Source of the DNA: Felis catus
Lineage: Eukaryota
Reading direction: 5' to 3'
Length of the DNA stretch: 64,000 nucleotides
Assembly: GCF_018350175.1 (NCBI RefSeq)
Contig: NC_058369.1
Location: 17,424,001-17,488,000 of the forward strand
Shown: one piece after another, positions 11,951-25,082 of the stretch
Position numbering within the stretch: position 1 is the stretch's first letter
Layout of the letters: every line of letters begins with the position of its first letter
Position numbers and translations under genes: made by a program
The notes under the pieces: generated by a model
What the model was told of the DNA's origin: nothing
The model's input: only the letters and a program-made list of their open reading frames with translations
The model's database searches: none

Positions 11951-12890
11951 ACACTCAGCTACAGGTTATTGGAAGTATCAGTAAGAGGTTCCTGCCTTGC
12001 TAATGGATTGGTTTTTAATCTGAAAGCTGTCAGGCTCAACAATGCTTTTATAGACTTCCTCTCATGGAACTTGGTAAACCACCAAAATCTAAAACTGTTC
12101 CTCTTAACTACAGCTCTTCACACCAAGAAAACAAAAGAATGATATGAATGAAAGGCATATTTGTTGCCAAGTCATTTGCTTTATAACTGAAAGGGCTTTT
12201 GAAAAACAGTCACACTGACCATACAACTGGCATATGTAGTCATCAGTTTGGAACTCCTAAGTACAATTGGCCTATAACTCAAAAGCAATCAAGTAATAGC
12301 TCAAAGTCTGACCACAAACTGTTTGAAAGCCAATGGTAAAATAAAAGCTTTCTAAGAGCACCCTACAAGCCTCCACTTCTTGTAATTACGAGCCAGTAAG
12401 AAGACCTTTGATTCCTGAAAATTTTAAATTCAAAAAAGTCAATATCAAAAGAGCACCAAACACTGGCAATGAACAATCCAAAAACGAAATTAAGAAAATA
12501 ACTCCTTACAACAGCATCAAAAATAACACTTAGAAATAATTTACCATGAAACAGGTAAAACTTTTACTCTGAAAAATACAAAACACTGGTGAAAGAAATT
12601 AAAGATCTAAACAAATGGAAAGACATCTCAAGTTTATGGATGAGAAGACTTAATTAACATTGTTAAAAACGGCAATTATTACCTAAACTCATCTACAGGG
12701 TCAACACAATCCCTATTTTGATAGGGGATCCCCACTGGCTTCTTTGCAGAAACTGGCAAGCTAGATTCTAAAAATTCGTATGGAAATCCAAAGGACCCAG
12801 AGTAGCCAAAACAATCTTGAAATCAGAAGAATACATGGGGAGGACTCACACTTCCAGATTTCAAAATCTACTACAAAGCTACAGTAATCA

Positions 12891-13083
12891 GGCACCTGGG
12901 TGGCTCAGTCGGTTAAGCGGCCGACTTCGGCTCAGGTCATGATCTTGCGGAACGTGAGTTCGAGCCCCGCGTCGGGCCTGTTTCAGATTCTATGTCTCCC
13001 TCTCTCTGACCCTCCCCTGTTCATGTTCTGTCTCTCCCTGTCTCAAAAATAAATAAAAAACGTTAAAAAAAAATTTTTTTTTA
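12891..13083 (+). mobile_element. Can-SINE with internal deletion
   Basis: TSD AAAGCTACAGTAATCA on both sides. Confidence 0.9.
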
Positions 13084-14023
13084 AAAAGCTACAGTAATCA
13101 AGACAATGTGGTACTAGTGTAAGCAGAGACATAAAGATCAATAGAAAAGGATGGAAAATTCAAAAATAAGTCTTCACATTTACAGTTAATTAATTTTCAA
13201 CAAAGGCGTGGAGAAACTGGAGCCCTCATATACTGCTAATGGAAATGTAAAATTGCGTGGCCATTTTGGCAGTTCCACCATAGGTTCAATACAGAGTTAC
13301 CATATGACCCAGTAATTCCACTCCTAGATATAAACCCAAGAGAAATAAAAACATATGTCCACACAAAAACTTGAACACAAATGTTCATAACAGCATTATT
13401 CATAACTAAAAAGTGGAAACCAACCATGAGGTACCTGGCTGACTCAGTCAGTAGAGCATGTGACTCTTGTTCTCAGGGTTTAAGTTCCAGCCCCACACTG
13501 GGTATAGAGATTACTCAGAAAAAAAAAAATCTTTAAAAACAAGTGGAAATAACCCAAATGTCTGAACAGATAAACAAATAAACAAACTGTGGTAAATCCA
13601 TACAATAGAATATTAAGTATCCATAAAAAGGAATGAAGTACGAATACAAACTACGAGATGGATGAACTTTAAAAACAGTATGTTAGGTGAAAAAGACAAG
13701 TCATAAAACACCACTTACACTATCATTCCATTTTTATGAAATACCCAGAATAGGCAAATCTATAGAGATAGAAAGATCAGTGGTTGACAAAGGCTGGGGG
13801 GTAGTGGGGGCTGTGAAAGAATTAGGAGATAATGGCTAAAGAATAGGAGTTCTTTTTTGGGAGTAATGAAAATGTTCTAAATCTGACCATGGTAATGGTT
13901 ACACATATCTATGAATATACTAAAAACCACTGAATTCTACACTTATACAACTTTTGATCTCGGGGTTGTAAGTTCGAGCCCCACACTAGGTATAGAGATT
14001 ACTTTTAAAAATAAAATCTTTTA

Positions 14024-14242
14024 GGGGCGCCTGGGTGGCGCAGTCGGTTAAGCGTCCGACTTCAGCCAGGTCACGATCTCGCGGTCCCTGAGTTCGAGCC
14101 CCGCGTCGGGCTCTGGGCTGATGGCTCAGAGCCTGGAGCCTGTTTCCAATTCTGTGTCTCCCTCTCTCTCTGACCCTCCCCGGTTCATGCTCTGTCTCTC
14201 TCTGTCCCAAAAATAAATAAAAAATGTTGAAAAAAAAATTTT
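14024..14242 (+). mobile_element. Young SINEC_Fc
   Basis: Diagnostic GGCGCAGTCGG / CAGCCAGGTCACG / TGGGCTGATGG; TSD AAAAATAAAATCTTTTA. Confidence 0.95.
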
Positions 14243-14608
14243 AAAAATAAAATCTTTTAAAAATTAATTAATTAAAAACCATTGAATTCCACACTTTAAA
14301 TGGGTGAACTGTATGGAATGTGAATAATATCTCAATAAAACTGCTGAGAGAACCACACACATGAAACTAACATCTTCCTTCCTATGAGATTATCCTGAAT
14401 ACTAGCTTCATGCTATTTCCTTTCTTCCTATTATCAGAAGACAGATATCTTATTTCCTTTATGTTAAGTAGAATTTTCCCCCCAAAAGCAAAGCCTGCTG
14501 AAAAAAAACGTGCTTTGTTGTCAGATGCATGCATACACAAACTTCTGCAAGGAAAAGCTAGAGCGTACCACTAGAAGCTGAAGAAAAAAAACTTTTGACA
14601 ATTAAGTA

Positions 14609-16000
14609 TAGGCAGGTTTCGTTTTGCACAGTAGTGCAAGACCAGAAAAATGAAAGTGCAGACTGAAATCATGAAAAATGATCAGAATAATCAATAAGTA
14701 AAATTATAATTGTTCTGTAATCTTTAAAAATTTTGTTGGAACATCAAAAATTCTGTCAGTTATAGTTGTATAAGAAAATGAGAAAGAAAGAAAAAAAACA
14801 AAGAAAGAAAAAAACCAGTACAGTGTAAAACACCAGACACACAGAAAATTACAGTGCATAATCACTTTGAAAAAAGTCTACTACTACCAAGAGGAGTTTG
14901 AACAGTGCCAGCCTTCTTCTTCTGATCAGCAAACTAAGATCTGGAATGGGCATCTTTCCTATGCCTTCCTTGGCAAGCTGTCCTACTCCTTTCTAAGTTT
15001 AGATCAGCTTCCAGCATTTTATCCTTCATTAATTTAGTGCCACAAAGTACCTGAAATGCCAGCATCACTTCCTCTGGTTCATCTTCATCTTTTTCACCAA
15101 ACCACTTCCTCATTTACTCAGACAAGCTCACCTTCACCTCCTCCAGCTGCGTAGCCAGAGTCTTTGAATGGCAGTAACGTCATTCCCACAGTAAACTATT
15201 TTTTCCATAACTCCATTTCTGACCAATTTGGACTTCCAGTGTTACTACTTTTTGGTTCTTTTCTGCACGTTCGTCTTTGTTGGCCAGCCCCCTCTTTAAT
15301 GATCCATTTTTGTGAAGTGTTATATGGTTCATCCCTGAGAGATGAGGAGGCAACACAACTGCAGACTTGGCTGGCTGTGCATGAAATGAGTAACAAATTG
15401 CAGTGACCAGTCACCAACAGGCTTTGAAAGAAGTGAGGGGCACCTGGCAGGCTCAGTTGGTAGAGCAGGTGACTCTAGATCTTGGGGTCGTGAGTTTGAG
15501 CCCCATGTTGGGTGTGGAGCCTACTTTAAATAAAATACTGGGGCTCCTGGGTGGCTTAGTCGGTTGCGCCTCCAACTCTTGATTTCAGCTCAGGCCATGA
15601 TCTCACAGTTTCGTGGATTCGACCCCTGCGTCAGGCTCTGTGCCGGCAGCATGGAGCCTGTTTGGGATTCTCTCTCCCCCTCTCTCCACCCCTTCCCCAC
15701 TAGTGCTGTCTCTGACTCTAAATAAATAAATAAGTAAATAAATAGAAAGATAGATAAATAGATAAATAAATAAATATTTTTTAAAAATAAGTGAGATGAC
15801 AGATCACTAGTGGTGATGCACACCTGTTAATTATGTAGTAATCTGTAGATAAAAGAGCTAAAAGTAAATTTTGTAAGTTTATGCAATTACAGCTAATATA
15901 CTATGTAAAATTTGAAGTGTGCAATCTGGGAACGAGTGTCATTTGACTAAATCACGGTAAGTGAAATTTGTATCACAACCACACAAGTCAAGGACTACTG
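14609..16000 (-). mobile_element. Second Tigger6-like element (opposite orientation to 850-1873) with two SINEs inserted (~15437-15785)
   Basis: Reverse complement aligns by eye with 850-1873; TA at 14607-14608 and 16001-16002. Confidence 0.8.
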
Positions 16001-16189
16001 TATATCAAATCACAGAATCTCAATACTTTAAGCAACTCCTTCAGGTAATCTAATGTAACCATAGAGGATATGTGGACCCTTGGTGTAGACGACCGGGGAC
16101 CATCAAGTGATGCTTCACAGGGCATCTCTCTCACTGCTGAACAGCTCCAGTGATTAGAAAAATAAACCCCCAAACTGACATAATAGTCA

Positions 16190-16410
16190 AGAATACAGAT
16201 TCCAGAATCCAACTGCGTGCCCATCCTGGCTTCTTCTCTGTGCAACTACGTAAACTTGGGAAATTATGTAATCTCTCCATGTATGACTCAGTTTCCTCAT
16301 CTGTAAAATAAAAATTTAAAGCCTGCAATCATGGAGTTGTTATAAGAGTTGAGTCCATAGAGAGTACTTTTTATTTCCAGCACATACAAGTGTTCAGTAA
16401 ATGATGACCT
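16190..16410 (+). mobile_element. MIR
   Basis: CTCAGTTTCCTCATCTGTAAAAT core and AGTGTTCAGTAAAT 3' end. Confidence 0.8.
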
Positions 16411-16856
16411 CTATAATTAATCATATCACCATCATAAACTATAGAGTGTTTGATAATCCTTATTGATCCCCATGTGCCTTGGTTTAAACCCTCTCCCTTT
16501 TCCAGGTTCTGCACCAGCCTCTGAAACAGACCTCTCTGACAGTCTCTCACCCAGCTCTCCATAAAGTCATCAGAATCAATGCCCTAAAAATCAAATCTGA
16601 ACCCCTTTTCCTTGCCAAACAATCCAGCCTAAAGCCACGAGGCAGGGCAAAGCAGAGTCACAGTTCTTGTTTTGGGGTGGGGAGGGAACCATGGTGGCCC
16701 AGAGCAAATTCTCCTCATATGTAAAAAAAGAGGATAATCATTAAAGTCTTACTAAATCCTCATTTGTAAACTCTCCTATCAAGAACGCTCTCAGAAACAT
16801 ATTATCCTTGTGTTAATGGGAGAAATACTTTATCAAAGTTTAAGAGCCCCAAATGA

Positions 16857-17800
16857 GGGGCACCTGGCTGGCTCAGTCAGAAGAGCATACAGCTCTTGAT
16901 CTTAGGATCATGAGTTTGAGCCCCACATTGGGTGTAGAATTTAATTAAATAAATAAACACATTTCTTTTTAAGCCCAAAAAATCAAAATATTGAAAAATT
17001 TGGCCAGGCAAAAATTAAAAAAATTTTTTTTCATTAAAGAAAAATAACATAACAGGGCCCCTGGGTGGCTCAGTCGGTTCAGTATCTGACTCCTGATTTC
17101 AGCTCAGGTCATGATCCCAGAGTCATGGGACTGAGCCCCATGTCGGGCTCTCCACTGAGCATGGAGCCTGCTTGAGCTATCCCCCCACCTCTTCCTCCTC
17201 CTCCTCTCCCCTGCTCACTCTCTTACTCTCTCTCTCTAAAGATAATAAATAAATAAATAAAAATAACAAAGTCAAAAGGCAAACAACAAAAAAGGGGAAA
17301 ATAGTTTTAATACAAATAATACTTAAAGAGCTAATTTTTATAATATACTAAGAGCTCTCACAAACAAATAACAAATAAGAAAAATAACAACCCAACAGAA
17401 ACCTAACCAACAAATGAGCCCAGGACACAAACTCTTCAAGGAATTCAAAAGTTTAATGAATTTATGAAGAGATATTTGACCTCTCTCATTTATAAAAAAT
17501 AGTACAAATAGTGACATGCTATTTTTCACTTATCAGTTAGAAAGGTTCCATTTGCATTTAATATTCCTGTCCTGCTTTACTGTCTTAGTATCGCTTGTCT
17601 TAATTTATCACAAACTTTTTAAAAAACACTCAGCATGTGTCAAAATTCTAGAAAATTCTAGAAAATTTAGAAAACTTCACCTTTGTAACTATCTTTAAAA
17701 GTGGGTTTAGGGGGTGCCTGGCTAGCTCAGTCAGTAGAGCATGTGACTCTTGATCTCAGGGTTATGAGTTAAAGACCCACGCTGGGTGCAGAGCTCACAC
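16857..17800 (+). mobile_element. Short tRNA-Lys-like SINEs (16857, 17710), Can-SINE (17055-17265) and an old L1ME fragment
   Basis: SINE heads and tails; L1-like CAAAGTCAAAAGGCAAACAAC...AAGAGCTC. Confidence 0.7.
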
Positions 17801-18659
17801 ACATACACATATACATACACAAATGTGGGCTTAACTGTAAAATCCACTTCAATAAATCACTGTCTTTTCCCTACAAGAAAAAAGTTGTTATAGTATTCAC
17901 AAATTAGATGTCTGATTTTTCTCAATAAAGTTGTAAAATTTAAGAGATGACTTCTGCATTTCCTTTAATCCCTCACATCACCATACATGATATAATACAA
18001 AAATTGAGAAATATGGAGAAAAGAATGGAGGGATGAGGGGAAGGAAGACCAACAGATCTTGGACCCATATTTGGTCTGATTAAATACTATCACCTCTGAA
18101 AAGCACAAGATTTCAAATACATTCACATATCCTCTGCCAGTGAGTCATACCACAGAGAGTCTCCAATTTCACTTACAGGGCTGCTGAGACTTTTCAAGTG
18201 ATTTCCATTAAAACAACTTATTTGAAATAAACAATAAAATCAGATTCCCTTGTATATTCTTTTGTGTGATTACTGCTTTTGGCAAAGTGGAGAGACTAGG
18301 GAGGGAGGAAACAGTCAATACAGCTATGTGGAGTCTGCCCATCTAGACATTCATCAATTATGAATAACTAAATCATTGTAGTTCAAACTATCACCGTGAA
18401 TCTTGCTCATTCAACAAATATGTACCAAATGAGACTCTGGGCCACGATCCACTGTTCTCAGTGAGTATATATTATATTACACTAAACTAGATCAAGTCTC
18501 TTAGGTACCAAAGGTTCCCTTTTCTATTCATCTGTATATCCTAAATAAATTCAAAGATTTGATATAAATTATAAATCTATCATGTAAGATAATATCCTAC
18601 TGCCAATGTGAGGGCTAAAAATTTGATCTTTCAATTGTTAAATCTAATTCTCTTCCAGA

Positions 18660-18880
18660 CTAGAGTTTCTCAATCCCTGTACTGTTGACATATTGAACCA
18701 GATAATTCTTTGTGTAGAGTGTTGTCCTATGCATCGTAAGATGTTCAGCAGCATCCCTGGCCATACACCAGGTGACAATACCACTCTCCCTGCTGTGACA
18801 ATGAAAAATGTCTCCAATGTCAAATGTTCCCCAGAGGGCAGGATCACTGAGAACTCTGAGAACTACTGAGAACTACTACT
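18660..18880 (+). mobile_element. MER20 (hAT-Charlie)
   Basis: TTTCTCAATCCCTGTACTGTTGACAT...CAGATAATTCTTTGT...CAGCATCCCTGGCC...AAAAATGTCTCCA; ends in triplicated CTGAGAACT. Confidence 0.85.
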
Positions 18881-18929
18881 ACAGACCATCAAAATCATTT
18901 GAGAAACTTTTTTTTCTTAAATTCAGATT

Positions 18930-20910
18930 CTGCCACTTCATACCCACTAGGATGAATATATAATCAAAAGACAGATAATAAGTGTTGACAATAAAATGTG
19001 GAGAAACTGAAACCCTCAAATACTGTTAAAGGGACTGAAAATGGTACAGCCACTTTGGAAAATAATATGGCAGTTCCTCAAAAGTTTACACAGTTATCGT
19101 ATGATCCAGAAATTCCCTCAAGAAAAACGAAAACAAATATCCACCTAAAAACATATACTAGAATGTTCATAACAGCATTATTCATAATAGCCAAAAAAAG
19201 TGGAAACAACCCAAATGTCCATCAACCTATGAATGGATAAACAAAACATGGTATCCATAAGATGATATCTGTAAGATGATGTATCCATAAAAAGTAATGA
19301 AATACTGTAGTCAACACAAATGAAACTTTATTTTTTTTTAACTTTTTAATGTTTTATTTATATTCAAGAGAGAGACAGAGCGCAAGCAGGGAAGGAGCAG
19401 AGAGAGATGGAGACAGAATCTGAAGCAGGTTCCAGGCTCTGAGCTGTCAGTACAGAGCCCGATGCAGGGCTCGAACCGACAAACCGCGAGATCACGACCT
19501 GAGCTGAAGTCAGATGTTTAACCGACTGAGCCACCCAGGCACCCCACAAATGAAACTTTAAAACATGCTAAGTTAAAAAGGTCAGTCACAAAGACTACAC
19601 ATTGTATGATTCCATTTATATGAAATGTCCAGAATGGGCAAATCTATAGAGACAGAAGGTAGATTAGTAATTCCCTAGAGGTAAGGAAGGGGAAGAAAGA
19701 AATAGTGACTGCCAAGGCGGCAGGGTTGGGGAGGGTAGTCTAATGACAAATGCTCTTAAAATTGTGGTGCTGGATGCTTAATCCTGTGAAAATACTAAAC
19801 AATACTAAAATGTATTACTTCTAAAAAAATTTTTTTAATGTTTACTTATTTTTTGGGGGGGGGGGGACAGAAAGAGAGAGGGAGATACAGAACTCAAAGC
19901 AGGCTCCAGGCTCCACCCTGTCAGCACAGAGCCTGACAAGGTGGCTCCAATTCATGAACTGCAAGATCGTGACCTGAGCTGATACTGGACACTTAACCAA
20001 CTGAGCCACCCAGCCACCCTTGTATACTTTTTTTTTTAATGTTTATTTTTGAAAGAGAGAGAGAGAGAGAGAGGAGGCGAGCAGGGGAGGCACAGAGAGA
20101 GAGGGAGACACAGAATCCAAAGCAGGCTCCAGGCTCTGAGCTGTCAGCACAGAGCCTGATGTGGGGCTCAATCTCAGAAACTGCTAAATTATGACCTGAG
20201 CCTAAGTTGGACGCTCAACCGAGTCACCCAGGCGCCCCAAATGTATACTTTTTAAAACATTTTTTAATGTTTATTTATTTTGAGAGAGAAAAAGAGTACA
20301 CACACAAGCAGAAGAGGGACAGAGAGACAGGGAGGGAAAATCCAAAGCAGGCTCCACGCTGTAAGTGCAGAGCCCAATCTCTGCACTTGATCTCACAAAC
20401 CCTGAGATCATGACATAAGCCAAGAACAAGAATCGGATGGATGCCTAACTGACTGAGCCACCCAGCTGCTCCTATACTGTTTTTTAGGGGGGAAATGCTT
20501 TTAAGTAAATTCTATCCTCAATGTGGGGCTTGAACTCATGGCCCTGTAAAAGATGCATGCTTTATCAACTGACCCAGCCAGGCACCCCTAAAATGTATAC
20601 TTTAAAATGGGTGAATTGTACAGTATGTAAATTATTTTTTTTATAGAGTCAGGCTGTTGAAATGTTAGAGTATGATTTTTTTTTAATGTTTATTTATTTA
20701 TTTTGAGAGAGAGGTAGAGAGAGAGCAAGGGAGGGGCAGAGAGGGAGACAGAGAATCCCAAGCAGGCACCAAACTGTCAGTGCAGAGCCCAACGTGGGGT
20801 TCAATCTCACAAACCATGAGGTCATGACCTGAGCCGAAACCAAAAGTCAGAGGCCTAACCGACTGAGCCACTCAGGTGCCCCACAGTATGTGAATTATAT
20901 TTCAATAAAT
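18930..20910 (+). mobile_element. L1MB-type 3' end broken by six minus-strand SINEs
   Basis: ATACCCACTAGGATG...GGAAACAACCCAAATGTCCATCAAC...GTGAATTATATTTCAATAAA. Confidence 0.85.
19330..20882 (-). mobile_element. Minus-strand Can-SINEs (~19330-19545, 19822-20020, 20030-20238, 20250-20472, 20480-20588, 20677-20882)
   Basis: Reverse-complement heads (CCACCCAGGCACCCC etc.); TSD ACAAATGAAACTTTA around the first. Confidence 0.9.
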
Positions 20911-20984
20911 CTTTTTTTAAACTCAGATTCTGGACTCCACCTCAGATATAATAAATCAGAATCAAAGGCAGAAAGTCAAAAAAA

Positions 20985-21994
20985 ATTTTTAAATTTATTT
21001 ATTTAAGTAATTTTTACACACAACATGGGACTTAAATTCACAAACCCTGAGATCAAGAGTTGCATGTTCTGTGGACTGAGTCAGCCAGGTGCCACCTTTT
21101 ATTTCTAAGTTTATTTAGAAAGCCAAAATTATTTTTAAATATCACCCACCCCCCAGATGGGGTGCCTGGCTGGCTCAGTCAGTTAAACATCTGACTCTTA
21201 AATCTCAGCTCAGGTCTTGATCTCAGGGCCTTGAAGTCAGCCTGCATTGAGTATGGAGCCTACTTTAAAACAAAAGACCTTCCAGATGATCTCGATGAAG
21301 CTGATCTGGGATATTTGGGGTCCAATGTCAGGTAGCAATGAACATCCCAAACCACAAGATGCAGAGACTGGTGAAAAGGAAAGAGGGCTTGCTGAGCACT
21401 TCTCAATGGTTAACTCTTTTTCTTTTCTTTTTTTTTTTTTAATGTTTATTTATTTATTTATTTTCAATGGTTATCTCTTTGATGGTTAACTCTTGTAAGA
21501 GAATATGAAAACTAGTAATTTCAGTTTTTCTCTTTTTCTAAATTTCTTTTATTTTTTTTCATTTTTATTTATTTGAAAGAGATGGAGAGCATGAGTAGGG
21601 TAGAGGGGCAGAGGAAGAGAGAGAGAATGCCGAGCAGGCTCCACGCTCAGCACGGAGCCTGACCCGGGGCTCAATCTCATGACCCTGAGAACATGACCTG
21701 AGCTGAAATGAAGAGTTGGATGCTCAGGGTGCCTGGGTGGCTCAGTTGGTTAAGCAACTGACTTCGGCTCAGGTCATAATCTCACGGTTCACGGGTTCGA
21801 GCCCTGCGTCAGGCTCTGTGCTGACAGCTCAGGGCCTGGAGCCTGCTTAAAATTCTATGTCTCCCTCTCTCTCTACCCCTCCCCTGCTCATTCTCTGTCT
21901 CTCTGTGTCTCTCAAAAATAAATAAACATTAAAAAAAAAAATTAAAAAAAGAAAAAGAGTTGGATGCTCAACTGACTGAGCCACCCAGGCACCC
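20985..21994. mobile_element. SINE cluster, including a minus host (21550-21994) carrying a plus SINE (21727-21954)
   Basis: TSD AAGAGTTGGATGCTCA at 21711-21726 and 21955-21970. Confidence 0.9.
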
Positions 21995-22015
21995 CTCTCT
22001 TTTTCTAAATTTAAC

Positions 22016-22112
22016 TTTTTTTGAGTTTGGTTGACTTACAGTATTACATTAGTTTCAAGTGTACAACTTAGTGACTTGACAAGTTTATACAGTATGCTAT
22101 ATTCACCACAAG
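22016..22112 (-). mobile_element. Carnivore L1 3' tip
   Basis: GTTGACTTACAGTATTACATTAGTTTCAAGTGTACAAC...TTCACCACAAG. Confidence 0.65.
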
Positions 22113-22582
22113 AAAATTTTTTTCACAGCATAACTTCTCACTTCTGCAAAGGAAACAGTAAATATAGTTGTAAGTTTTTAAAATATAATCAATAACATAA
22201 TTCATGTTTAATCAGTGGCTCCACGTTAAGTTGAAAGGATAGCTATCTTAACAAATAACATATGCACCTTCATCTTTCAAGAAGTACAAACTAAAAGTTA
22301 TTATATACCGTACTTTTAGATCTATGTTCATTTGTAAAGTGATTTTATAATATTTTTATATATTGGTTTCGATTTGATTTACAATGAAGCTATTCACATC
22401 ATACTAAGAAAAAATATACACAAAGTGAGAAAAAAATGAAATAGAGTAATAATTTTTTATTAGACCTGTTACATGAACCTGGATAACTAATACTAAAAAT
22501 CCCAATCTATGAAATCTGAACTCCCCAATAAATCTGAATATGTGGAAGTTTCCTGCACAACAACTAGAGTAAGCTGTACTAT

Positions 22583-22803
22583 GGGGCGCACCTGGGTGGC
22601 TCAGTTAGTTAAGCATCAACTCTTGATTCCAGCTCGGGTCATGATCTCACAGTTCGTGGGATCACCCCCCCCCCCCCCCCACACACACACACACACACAC
22701 TGACAGTGCAGAGCCTCCTCGGGATTCTCTCTCCCCCTCTCTCTTTGCGGCTCCCCCACTCTCGCACTCTCTCTCTCAAAATAAGTATTAAAAAAAAAAA
22801 AAA
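22583..22803 (+). mobile_element. Can-SINE with internal C16(AC)10 tract
   Basis: TSD (G/A)TAAGCTGTACTATGG. Confidence 0.88.
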
Positions 22804-23489
22804 AGAATAAGCTGTACTATGGAAAAAGATTTAAGTCATCCTGGCTTATGTTTTGCAGTTCCAGCAGAAAACTAATGCTAGGGTTCACTGAAACAAACAC
22901 TGCTAGCATCTCCTATTTCCTCCAAGAACAAACAAGAAAGCCATTATTATCTCTGATTTTCTCCTACAAAGTAATAACCCCTCATGATATTATGGAAAAT
23001 GTGAACAAGAATTCTTATGAAAATAGCATTTTTAAAGACATGTGGATACTTTTATTTTTAAACTTTAAAATTTAAATAAATACCTACCCAACACCCAGAA
23101 TTTCCGAAACTAATGGCTAAATCTGGTCTACTTCAGACTTCTTCAGTAAAAAAAGCAATGTCTAAACACTGAGACTCATGTGAAACAGTATATTCTTTAT
23201 TCGCGCAGGAACTCTCAAGCACTTAACCTAAGAAAGTAACAGATACTAATTATCTCCTGAACGTACACATTACAACTTAATTGGTATTATACATAAGTAT
23301 TTATTGACAAGAAATGATGCTTATAATACAGTTAAGTGGAAATTTCTTAAATAGTATAAATAGTTCTTATTTTGGCAAGAAAAATATGTATACATATTCA
23401 CAGAATATAGCTAGAAAAAAGTATTATTCTCTTCTGCACTTTTTGTATTTTCTAAATTTTCTCCATTAAATATGTACTCTTATATGTAC

Positions 23490-23728
23490 TGGCTCATTAA
23501 GTGGAGCATGCAATTCTTGATATCGGGGCTGTGAGTTTGAGCCCCACGTAATGTGTAGAGATTACTTAAAAATAGTATCTTGGGACGTCTGGACAGCTTG
23601 GATGAGTGTCCGACTTCAGCTCAGGTCATGATCTCACGGTTCGTGAGTTCAAGCCCCACACTGGGCTCTCTGCTGTCAGCACAGAGCAGACTGAATCCTC
23701 TGTCTCCCTCTCTCTACCCCTCCCCCAC

Positions 23729-23778
<50 letters not shown>

Positions 23779-23820
23779 CACACACACACACAAATAAAAA
23801 ATAAATTAAAACAAATCTTA
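23490..23820 (+). mobile_element. Short SINE plus Can-SINE with expanded (CT)n
   Basis: Heads and tails visible. Confidence 0.85.
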
Positions 23821-23842
23821 AAAAAGACATCTATATAAAATT

Positions 23843-25045
23843 CTTCTGCTTTGGGGAAGATAGAGATCTACTTTTCACTATTCCTCCCACACCTAACATT
23901 TCATATAAAACAAGGTGGAGAAAGGTGGAGAGAAGAAGGCAGAATGGCTAGGGACCTCAGGAATGGAAGAATAATACAGTGACAAGTTCCTTAGGTTTGT
24001 TTTTTTTCCTTATAGATCTCATCATTGGAACTGATGAATCTGGCAACCCAGAAATGCCTGAGTGCAGACAAGAAAAACCCCAACAAAACCCTACTCTCTT
24101 TAACCAAAGCACCAGCAAAGCAAGACAAAACTTTTAGACAACAGCCACTGTGTTCCAGCCAAACACCATACAAAACACGGTGGCCCAACACCACCCATAC
24201 GGCAAAGGCTGAGTGGGGAGCCGACTTCCATCCTCTCCATGCTGGAATGAGGCACTCAACAACCCCTCCAGAGCAGAGTCAGAGAAGGCCAAGGAAGGGA
24301 GCCAGGACTTTCATCCCTGCAGACATGTAAAATAAGGTAACTGCATTGTCAGTGAAAAGCCTGGATTTCCACCATACTGTATCAATATACATGGCATCTC
24401 TTTAAAAACTAAACATGCAACTTCCATATGCCCCAGCAACTGCACTCCTAGGCAAAGAGCCAAACTGTTTTCCAGAGGGGCTGTACCATTTACTATTAAC
24501 TGTTTCAATGTCAATACTCTGGTTGTAATATTGTTTTGCAAAATATTACCACAGGGGGAAACTGGGTAAAGGGTCCAAAGGATCTCTTTATATTGTTTTC
24601 TTACAACTGCATGTGGGGGGGCCTGGATGGCTCCATCGGTTAAGCATCTGACTATTGGCTTCAACTCAGGTCATGATCTCGGGGTTCATAGGACTACTGG
24701 CTTGAACTCAGGTCATGATCTCGGGGTTCATGAGTTCAAGCCCTGCATCAGACTCCGCACCTTGCAGTGCAGAGCTGCCTGGGATTCTCTTGCTCTCCCT
24801 CTCTCTTTGCCCCTCTCCCGCTCATGCTGTATCAGAATAAATAAGTAAACGTAAAAAACAAACAAACAAACATGGGGAACCTGGGTGGCTCAGTCGGTTG
24901 AGTGTCCGACTTTGGCTCAGATCATGATCTCATGGTTTGTGGGTTCGAGCCCCACATCAGGCTCTGTGCCGATAGCTCAGAGCCTGGAGCCTGCTTCTGC
25001 TTCTGTGTCTCCCTCTCTTTCTGCTCCTCCCCTGCTTGCACTCTG

Positions 25046-25082
<37 letters not shown>

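Larger units (their letters stand above)
12455..14345 (+). mobile_element. L1MB-type LINE-1 3' portion (ORF2 end + 3' UTR), internally deleted near 13205, with several SINEs inserted
   Basis: ORF2 motifs (AAATGGAAAGACATC, ACTACAAAGCTACAGTAATCAAGAC, TATGACCCAGTAATTCCACTCCTAG); terminal TATCTCAATAAAACTG. Confidence 0.85.
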
